From Candidatus Omnitrophota bacterium (GTDB lineage Bacteria > Omnitrophota > Gorgyraeia > 2-01-FULL-45-10 > JBDRSA01): a DNA stretch of 42,583 nt. The stretch is from positions 1-42,583 of the forward strand of contig JBDRSA010000025.1 in NCBI GenBank assembly GCA_043825275.1. The letters run 5' to 3'. Every line of letters starts with the position of its first letter. Position 1 is the stretch's first letter. Under the pieces are notes generated by a model, which did not search any database, was not told where the DNA came from, and was given only the letters and a program-made list of their open reading frames with translations. Below are positions 10,801 through 15,900 of this stretch, piece by piece. A program made the translations under genes and the position numbers.

Positions 10801-12896
10801 TGCGCGGAATGTTGTATTCAGCAGTCGGGAACGACCATGTCAATCTGGCCCTCCAGATGGGGGCGCGTCTCACCAATGTTAGCATGAAGGTGAGAAATAA
10901 GTACACGGCGGGAAAATATGAATTGCCCGTAGGAACATCTGTCCAGGTAATAGACAGCCCTGTTGTAAGACTCCATTCTTTAACCGCGGGATACAAGGGC
11001 ACGGTGGAGATAACTTCTCTATCTGATATATACGATTATTCCGAAGACAGAAGATTTACGCTCCACAAAACCTGTCTTGTCACCTCAGGAATAATACCGG
11101 AATCATTGAAAGGGGATCCTGCCATTACCTTGCGGGATATATTAGAGCGCTTCACCGGCGCCGGCGGCAGGGGTATAGAGATATCTATAGATGTAAAAGG
11201 AGTGCCGCCGCAATCCGGCCTTGGCGCGTCGAGTTCAATAGCGACAAATACCTTAGCGGCCCTCGCTAAGTTTTCCGGTCAATCAAGAAGTGATGATACG
11301 GACTTACCCTTCGATGAGATTATGCTGCTTGTCGCGAGAACCCTCTATGAAGAACAGATCAACGAGGCATTGGGAGGATGGCAGGATGCCTGCAGCATGC
11401 TCCCGGGAATAAAATTGCTCTCTACCGAGCCCGGGCAATTCTTGCCATCTTACAAGAGACTTACTGGAAGGGCGCAAAAAAAGATAGAGAAATTAGTAAA
11501 ATATGTTAGAGGCGGATTGGAGAGAGCCGCTGTATCAGGTTCTGCCTGGCAGTTCACAGGGTTATACGCCTTACGGTTAGAGCCTATAGTGAAAGGGAGA
11601 ATTAGGGCAAGACAAATAGTAAACGAGCAGATGGCGCTTATAGAAAAGGGCAAGATAGCCGATTTAGATACGCGTGAGGAGGAGAACAATAGAATATGGG
11701 CTATCGTAGCGCCTGCGGCATATAACGAATACTTTAGGATGCTTAAAGAGCGGCTTATCCGGAGGTTAGGAAAAGGCTCTTTCGTTTTCGGCGCCTGCGG
11801 CTCGACCTATGGAGCGGGTAACAAGGTAATCATAGGTAATCCAAAGGCAACAGTCCCAAAAGGTCAGCCAAATGAAGGCAGGAATATTCTGGATGTATTT
11901 GATGAGACCTTCGTAGAGGTAGCAAAAAGCGTCCAAAGCCGGATGAAAAGAGACACAAGATTTTCTCAGTACAAATTTTCTGATATACCGCCATTTGTTT
12001 ATGATTACACGATAGCTGATAAGGCATTTGAAATGGAAATAAAAGACCCGGTATCCGCGAAACAATCCTCCAGCCGAAGCTCGCCAAGCGGGGACATCAG
12101 TCGCCAGTCACCAGTCACCAGTCACCCGGGGGGAAAGGATAGACTACAGGAAATCGACCGTACACCGTTAACCGTAGACCGTAAACCGAAAGAATCCATC
12201 GATCCCGGACTTGTTGCCGATGATATCGCGAGAACAACGAGGGACCTTGAGGTCCATCAAATGCTCAATCCGGACGATGCGAAGGATCTCAGTACCTTCA
12301 CGGTGATCGCAGTAAAAGGGCTGACCGATAAAGCGGGAGAAGGGAAGGAAGCCGATCTCAATTATATCCTGTGGCGCGAGTACAAGGAAATGGCGCAGGA
12401 TGTCGAAAGGCTGATCGAAAAAGATATCGTAGAAATTGTTCCCGGAAAAACCACGCAAGAGTCCGCGAAGAGGCTTTCGGACGCGATCGAGGATATTAAA
12501 AAGAGCGATCCGAATACCAGGGTCATTATTCTCGATGACGGCAGTTTGACCGGCGAATTGTCGGAGGGCGATATTACTGCCGGTACGGAGGGCAAAGACT
12601 TCTGCGTAATATCGACAAAACTTGGAAAACACCCTAAGAATACCATAGATTTTGTAAATTTGGAAATGATGACGATCATGGGCGTCGGCGTCCTGAGCGG
12701 GGATATGGAGATATTCGATCTCGCGTACCGGGTCTTTAACGGTGAAGCGGCGCCGGCTGAGCTTCTGCGGCGGATCAAAGAGAGGAAGGATGAGCTCTGG
12801 TGGATCGTCAATGTAATTCCGCGCGCGGTGCGGTTCGATAAGAACTATCACCGGAACCAGGTCGAGCTCGCGAAGCTCTTTGCGGTCGCCGCGTAA
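1833..12896 (+). CDS. Giant mosaic protein G1 (3,687 aa): leader, membrane HExxH block, several enzyme-like modules, shared C-terminal module
   Basis: An uninterrupted 11,064-nt ORF, which cannot arise by chance at this GC content. SD-like GAAGGA lies upstream. It has a hydrophobic N-terminal leader and is paralogous to G2 at both ends. See the sub-features. Confidence 0.9.
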   Translation: MGQGQIQKRNSIFMKAVSWILVFTFLFSNSLFAEVLTERTHTLVPFYATSDKKDIEEVSDGVRWSPAAGETLRDRSQRLREDFNTAIAAVAARKLEKSLGTQDDSDPVGKDEALDDLRYKLDLARRIDGNSPVRVAALNNISSRLAHNINTGAPLQDSSSGDLLRGAIDKAIEDSKNASRDTAAPLFKTSKPGNQQTYQPIFRRSPSGEGIADSAKGKADSVQRQSPTSAASGMPARAKTGYVTVNLSSSADPKEKGYWGNMSLIQRLRAIPNALLHEGLHAAADLFRGEIDLKKGRYIHKAPNASLHDIFITLAAPVGGILIPAFALWKSAKDIMAAGYPAGSLLYFSVLVFTTYIVGNYAKNFIIAGHKGIVSGRQNIYALRPGAAFAIGGFYAVTTAVVSGVAIYKLLHEWPALLIGMMLVLTTFEIDFIVSGFYNLFSHTITADGPRARNKLRIRRYAKEAREIYLNVDRSFVDMIEARGETFHGRAGDILNSIYTAEDDETIYGMFAERFTGAEEMEQVKRFVVFARAWETNPNARRLNELLGRFTAIELLYKILNEENGEILEQKITGSRNPHMGEDQKPYYDLACGFIPLFCFQKLLRDREYVFVDNNPFEVAHLDEMKRLLRIPDNVKIRESEISGMDDVAPESLGTLRLGSLGGEVDIDSLPYERFAGWMAPGGQIIVEYFAAETRGLSKNIEIVDRLRSVIGEGRQNEWSYTRGYYDADDEFHEFVAGPITDELAFSTVHIFTRSPEAGPPAVLPDGPRHTAPDTPRRSPSADTHDESRQAPSVVHQRIFEEELVWLIQHDTPGSNKKIERTEEIRQQRIRRYRPVFDFLMDTARLSIQDLRRYRELFRSDPDIKWDFLTGNPSEVIEVDGVRYPKLGIQPKKIRQELVLLILSIPDNLYPTWDYLTGDPPETIEIDGIRYPKLGMAPERIRGAPRILLANVRSSLYPTWAFLVNQARMNRGRISQRVLMYSLDGKRRTPCSGTRMRVAYFTIHGIRYRERPSILTASRLELRNEYHIDINDLEKFWRDIWMPREDMLHDIQNAVASGIPGDQVDTKALSDAFRTLRVLSDDHLYYTGQRDPLSAHITSTIAPYLEHIQDSQHREQARTFLGNLQELPTHVQPETAVGDPRRSPSADKSDPRVYGERGAESVAHIVSYRPQEVASPEVMFISGAYTCTGIAVFDPKTGRYIGFHEFNFRSRDVSRIVEELNRRSVDISTARFLFFGNSPGKNEITTLKEKSLKKDGSLNEEMFREARQAYLREIARSRAAILRCLAEKGVTEDRVTMLMTDLDDPNAEGMNHEAVVDAATGMILVYRNETEPNTRFGEKDSIKHPPEVVTLDESVSFDAAARDAGIADLERIINLYLAKISVLNKNHDDDGHETPRGPSTGSGRESPSGGRKNLDEVYLTDARSRIDRYLEVAKSACADQEEGEWLLPEYVVSNEAYPTVMPHLERALQEGKIKQGGIYAGVGFEQNLSFIGALKPARAVIIERNHSITKVILPVFLEYISRFSSREALIDELMREWNGRVRRDLWTIARESLPEELRHRAWQMWGADSDCAAYIQRLIDPATFLLWQMPGCWLSNDSSFETVKTMWLEGKLSAVSGNWEGETPKKVAELVGEPADYMYLSNIFRFNAKNNPDLFPKIASDLSNNLRVLARTGDPVILEVGNSGRNDILERPLSSNFRVRTPDGVEHDISQAWHDSRRSERPVIVRRLSVSFYDFFADVEKDEAAKARTPAYGANGEPFYFSEFIAMHSLLGSIGNICIYAPERSSLEDDPVSLDILYDLRSAFDSKRSIVPLSVTGMMKSHIARHLRKAQRSALPEHRGVYEMFIERMEREGIIARVPEAAPDYRDSLDSRRASPTADDEASRKPSAGKPELLPAMFGIFAGNYRSVMSDEELENADLFTRMRLVNEMLRDIGAEYVITPRARLGFHLLTSLADNPILKGFRANLETAITDIRPEQTKEDVSRKLASSMSRSPDLSEQGFGALFVEIALGIMPRLTGQRVAWGIFSGRQELLFANTPEEILWRDLYRAARFQVFGNSLQDPEILYDFMRPQWEALEKKSQDPNLPLELSPGYLYIGREQGLFEAAAAGEVGPEHNDKIELARLGHIWANPFGRGMRSEDPAVYVLPAERFNELARQEKASIKIVKVDLGKSKRHPHPYLRIAGNLAIDEFVEIWVSQDTYDRCREMMRSGGANERLARLMDAGTIKAIPGFRHESLGTGDDTRLAGRVAIGSYMEERGLFYNIPLFREAASMRHSPTADTLETIERTTKVLIGGQPEDMRGLTVAVPDNLKERIIAAAGSLKHFDPLYFSHVLHHEPGLTGISTPIDHLFVRAAAAYSLSAVILTSPDPPALYRHFYAVVESVMGTVRNGGEWIGRLQTADAHDVLLRPPFESLGEFKRTVDHDDIELGIQHYPHPSTWETRQTYGRDSFVTGMGIEELKNGAESVFNRRIFLSIYEDREKETVWDFEDEEHARFIELLERIGIIGGNGIVAVVKGDNNEGPAHLLPLLWYWGHTHGRLPFGEGNIFNPTEQDKRMVQEIGAFYRALPWHHAARRSGYSLTDDPVRRSPSAERGKAIWKAMKGNETRAGDSAVEPFVVDWEARPGRVVRRPSTGSGRGSPSGSDEKPTAGEPGKNRTVPISDICDGSGTIEELQNLAEGLLAEPKNLGTVIEELTETYISRDPMSRAKMRAFLYVLAETYGTFRQKKSVRIPSDYIKTLIPLAEDLLKKDIESDRRVVVAANEDMTALRKLYKELKPRNRLNYYSIMKSAIENGFDLSIQRVIGDRAIVDKEIIDDGKGGYNEKEKWIAMNEDIRVPESQARDFVDKLKRFAEDTSNKLFHRFRAYMILYAVFLEETEVDEKTGETRLVRHVETALAPDNDRARAYFEKALGPEGVQAKAIQELLNETLRSELRNILSERIRRRIEERGLALTIDEYIDRMLSPKTLNDYVQSVPESLRNKRITVKSGVRGMLYSAVGNDHVNLALQMGARLTNVSMKVRNKYTAGKYELPVGTSVQVIDSPVVRLHSLTAGYKGTVEITSLSDIYDYSEDRRFTLHKTCLVTSGIIPESLKGDPAITLRDILERFTGAGGRGIEISIDVKGVPPQSGLGASSSIATNTLAALAKFSGQSRSDDTDLPFDEIMLLVARTLYEEQINEALGGWQDACSMLPGIKLLSTEPGQFLPSYKRLTGRAQKKIEKLVKYVRGGLERAAVSGSAWQFTGLYALRLEPIVKGRIRARQIVNEQMALIEKGKIADLDTREEENNRIWAIVAPAAYNEYFRMLKERLIRRLGKGSFVFGACGSTYGAGNKVIIGNPKATVPKGQPNEGRNILDVFDETFVEVAKSVQSRMKRDTRFSQYKFSDIPPFVYDYTIADKAFEMEIKDPVSAKQSSSRSSPSGDISRQSPVTSHPGGKDRLQEIDRTPLTVDRKPKESIDPGLVADDIARTTRDLEVHQMLNPDDAKDLSTFTVIAVKGLTDKAGEGKEADLNYILWREYKEMAQDVERLIEKDIVEIVPGKTTQESAKRLSDAIEDIKKSDPNTRVIILDDGSLTGELSEGDITAGTEGKDFCVISTKLGKHPKNTIDFVNLEMMTIMGVGVLSGDMEIFDLAYRVFNGEAAPAELLRRIKERKDELWWIVNVIPRAVRFDKNYHRNQVELAKLFAVAA
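1872..1973 (+). other. G1 N-terminal leader / signal-anchor shared with G2
   Basis: MKAVSWILVFTFLFSNSLFAEVLTERTHTLVPFY aligns with G2 IVSMILIPAFLLSNSVFAEVLIERASVATAVPYY. This is a hydrophobic helix followed by the conserved FAEVL[TI]ER. Confidence 0.7.
2394..2525 (+). repeat. G1 linker cluster 1: octamer array, RRSPSGE, heptamer-like array, RQSPTSA
   Basis: aaaccagc aaaccagg aaaccagc aaacctat has an 8-nt period. RRSPSGE is at 2439-2459. gcggatagcgcaaagggcaaagcggatag follows. RQSPTSA is at 2502-2522. Confidence 0.75.
2640..3170 (+). other. G1 membrane block with an HExxH motif (possible M50/S2P-like intramembrane metalloprotease)
   Basis: HEGLH is encoded at 2661-2675 (ALLHEGLHAAADLF). At least 4 hydrophobic helices follow (ITLAAPVGGILIPAFALW, LLYFSVLVFTTYIVG, AAFAIGGFYAVTTAVVSGVAIY, ALLIGMMLVLTTFEIDFIVSGF). 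Confidence 0.35.
3560..3910 (+). other. G1 class I SAM-methyltransferase-like module
   Basis: YYDLACGF resembles motif I (DxGCG). YVFVDNNP resembles motif II. WMAPGGQIIVEYF resembles the LkPGG motif. Spacing is Rossmann-like. Confidence 0.45.
4161..4181 (+). repeat. G1 linker motif RRSPSAD
   Basis: cgc aga tca ccg agc gcg gat, in frame. Confidence 0.8.
4428..4709 (+). repeat. Tandem 141-nt (47-aa) duplication inside G1
   Basis: Unit 1 spans 4428-4568 (WDFLTGNPSEVIEVDGVRYPKLGIQPKKIRQ...LYPT). Unit 2 spans 4569-4709 (WDYLTGDPPETIEIDGIRYPKLGMAPERIRG...LYPT). A third, decayed start WAFLVNQ follows. Confidence 0.85.
5253..5273 (+). repeat. G1 linker motif RRSPSAD
   Basis: cgc cga tct ccg agc gcc gac, in frame. 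Confidence 0.8.
6021..6062 (+). repeat. G1 linker motif GPSTGSGRESPSGG
   Basis: ccttcgacaggctcaggacgagagtcaccgagcgggg. A near-identical 40-nt copy lies at 9726-9764. Confidence 0.8.
7449..7469 (+). repeat. G1 linker motif RASPTAD
   Basis: cgc gcc tcg ccg acg gcg gac, in frame. Confidence 0.75.
8652..8672 (+). repeat. G1 linker motif RHSPTAD
   Basis: cgg cat tca ccc acc gcg gac, in frame. Confidence 0.75.
9591..9611 (+). repeat. G1 linker motif RRSPSAE
   Basis: cga aga tca ccg tcg gcc gag, in frame. Confidence 0.8.
9720..9770 (+). repeat. G1 linker motif RRPSTGSGRGSPSGSDE
   Basis: Second copy of the PSTGSGR-x-SPSG element (compare 6021-6062). Confidence 0.8.
10780..12050 (+). other. G1 GHMP-family sugar-kinase-like module
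   Basis: VPPQSGLGASSSIA (11205-11237) matches GHMP motif II (PxGSGLGSSAA). GGWQDA (11373-11390) matches the GGWQDQ motif of the fucokinase/HddA branch. GACGSTYGAGNKVI is a possible motif III. Confidence 0.6.
12072..12191 (+). repeat. G1 terminal linker cluster: SRSSPSGD plus two heptamer arrays
   Basis: SRSSPSGD is at 12072-12095. cagtcgc cagtcac cagtcac cagtcac is at 12098-12125. gaccgta caccgtt aaccgta gaccgta aaccgaa is at 12157-12191. Confidence 0.8.
12243..12893 (+). other. G1 C-terminal module shared with G2 (unknown function)
   Basis: Alignable along its whole length with G2 24943-25572. Shared blocks: RVIILDDGSLTGELSEGDITAGTEGKDFCVIS vs RVIVLDDGTLTGNLSETDIAKGTKGKHYCVIS; FVNLEMMTIMGVGVL vs FVNLNGMTLMGVGIL. 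Both end in VEL.KLF..AA-stop. Confidence 0.8.
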
Positions 12897-12900
12897 ATAG

Positions 12901-12930
12901 CTGTCAGGTTCCAGTTGTCAGTTGCCAGTA
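12901..12930. repeat. 30-nt heptamer cassette between G1 and G2
   Basis: ctgtcag gttccag ttgtcag ttgccag ta, starting 5 nt after the G1 stop (12894-12896). Confidence 0.7.
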
Positions 12931-12960
12931 AAAGAAAAGAAGAAAAAAGGAAAAAGGAAA

Positions 12961-15900
12961 ATGATGAATAAGGAACAGACGGTAATAAACAGAACGATGA
13001 GAAGAATACAAAGGATCGTGTCGATGATACTGATCCCCGCATTCCTTTTGTCCAATTCCGTCTTCGCGGAGGTGCTTATAGAACGGGCCTCTGTCGCTAC
13101 CGCTGTTCCGTATTATATCTCGGCGCTTTTAGATGAACACAAGGACGATCTTAAGGATCTGGCGAGAGGCGTTACCCCGGTCATGGACCGGAACTTTGTG
13201 GATAGAAAAGAGGATTTCGAAAAGGCGTGGGACCTGATGTGCGCCGAACGCCTGGCGCTGAAGATCGTATCGAAGATCAAACAGGACGAAGACAGGGGCT
13301 CGATGGCCGACGCCGAGCGCTGGCTCATACGGCAGATAGAGGATCGGGCGGATGAATACGGCATGTCCGCCGAGCGGAAAGCGTTTCTCGTTGAGGCGAT
13401 CACGCGGGAGTTCCGCGGTGAAGGCGCCGATGAGGATGTGATCGACGCGAAGGAAATCTTTGAGACGAGACAGGTGGAAGATGGGGGGCAGGCCTCGAAG
13501 GGCATAGAGCATAGCGCAGATGCTAGTCACCAGGCACTAGGTATCAGTCGCCAGGAAGCAGATGACAGAGAACAGAAGACAGAGGACAGAGGACGGGATT
13601 ATCGCGAGTCGCCTACAGGCGGGAAAAGTCGCCAGACGCCAGTTGCCAGTTTCCAGGAAAAGCAAAAGATAAATAGAGAACGTCGAACGACGCACGAGAG
13701 CGAAGCGTCCGCCTCGGCGAACCGAAGGCGAGACGGGGAGCGAAGCCTCCCCGGAGGGGACGCACAACGAGACGGCCGTAAACCGTACACCGTAAACCGT
13801 ACACCGGAAGCACGCCATTCCCCCTCCGAAGACTCCGATGATCCCGCCGCGGAAGAACCGGATGAAGAGATGGGTGATTTCCTTGATAGTCTTGAAGTAC
13901 CTTTGCCGCAAGACCAAGATTTCCCCATCCGGATACTGTCGTCGAGTTTTATTAAAGAATGTGAATTGATCAGGGAATTCGGCTTAAAGGAAGAGACCGG
14001 CGCGTATATTGCGCTTTATAGATATAACGGTGAACCGATCGGCGACTTGAAAACCGGTGGAGAGTTCATTTTAAAAGCTTCGATCAGGCCCATGGCCGGA
14101 ATGAACGCGCTGATAGGGCCGACCGCGGGATTTCATTCAAAAATCGGGCCGTCTGAGAACGTACCGGATCTTTACGGCGTCATCGATTTCGGGATCGAAG
14201 GCCGCACTGTCAGCGGGCACAAACTCTATGAGACCGCTATCCTGAAAGAGTTTGTCGAAGGGCCGTCATTGCGCGAGTATGTGATGGCGATGAAGACCGA
14301 AAGAAGTGATTCGGCAACTGAACAGCAGTTTCTCGATCTTGTCACGAGTGTTTTGAGGGATTACCGGGATACGTACAGGATCAACGGTTGGATGAACGGT
14401 GATCTCGACTCAAGGGATATTGTGGTGGCCCGGGCGAGATCAGGCAGCGGCTCGCGAAACGTCTTCATTGATAACGGTACCGCGACCGAATATGGATCCG
14501 ACGATCCTGCCGCAATAGCGAGGAAGCGGGTTGTTAAGGCGCTCTACTGTAGTTTTAAGCGATTTATGAGGCTCTCTGAAAGAGAGCCCGCCGAATGGTG
14601 TCTACCGCGGGATGACGGGTATTCGCTTACCATTGCGCTCCTTGATTGCCTTGGGCTGATCGCCGATACCCCGGTTGATTTCCAGGAGAGCGGCCAGCAC
14701 TATATCGATGTTGTGGAAAGCAGGGTTCTCAGCGATATCCATTCTCCGCAGCTGATAGACCGACTCAAGAGTGTTGCGGCAATGAGAGAGCATGTCTTTA
14801 CGAGGATCGTCCGCGCGCATGAGAATAACGGACGGCTCGAGGAGCTGGCGCATGTGTTAAACCATTACAGAAAACGGTTTGAAGACGAGGATGTTTTCAA
14901 CGCGCTTCTCAGGGATGTCGAGCGCATCGCCCGGGGCGAGCCGTCACTGGGTCCCGACCGGGGCTTAGAGGGTTTTGGTGGCGCGATTGAGCGAAAGTCG
15001 CCAAGCGCGGATATTAGTTCAGAGTTCATAGTTCATAGTTCACAGATAACAGATAGCAAAGAGCAAGAATTAGAAGATGACCAGGCAGACGACCGTACAC
15101 CGAAAACCGAACACCGTGAACCGAAAGAACCCCGCCGCAGCTCCCCCAGCGGGGATGATAAAACAGAAGGGCCCGAACGGGAAGACTCTATCGACGCGAT
15201 ACGGGACGCCGATACGCTCTCAAATTATGTCGACGGCCTGATAGCGGATATTAACGATACACAAAAAGACGCTCAAATATCGTTCTCCGATATACTCGCC
15301 TCTCCCGAAGGATACAACGAAAGCTTTTTTGAGCCGCTATACGAAATTCTATTCAGAAAACTCTCGCGCGACTTTTCCGGCTCCGAGGAGTTTGTCGAAT
15401 ACTGCGGAAGGGCGATCGGGCAAAAAGGCGCTGATATATTGCGCGTTGAAATGAACGGAGAGAATTTACCGCTTATCGGGCGTATCGGCGGAATACGGCG
15501 GAATAATAACACAAAGAAGGCATCTATAGAATTGTACGGCTTTTTATTCTTCCTGCTGGCTCGCGAGCCAAAGAAGTATCTTGCCCGGGTATACGACGAG
15601 TTCATGAAGACCCGCCCCGCTGAAGATATAGCCCTCGGCAGAAGGGGTATCTCGTATCACGATAGAGGCGACAGCGTTGTCCATTTTTACACAAAAGGCG
15701 TCATCTTTGAAGGTATCGTAAAACCTGTTTATAAGAAATCGCTTATGCCGATCTATGAGCATGAAAAGACTGTTCTTGAGGACAGGACGGGTTCGGATAG
15801 CGCGAAGAAGATCGGGAGGGCGTTACAGTATTGGCAGACACAAGGGTATATGCCGGGAAATGAGCGCCTTCTCGAGAGGGTAAAGAATTTCTGGAAATCC

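Noticed and set aside
12922-12960. TTG start for G2 given by the ORF track
   Set aside because: This stretch is the tail of the heptamer cassette plus a poly-purine run that looks like the ribosome-binding region for ATG 12961. The choice is not proven, and it changes the protein by 13 residues only.
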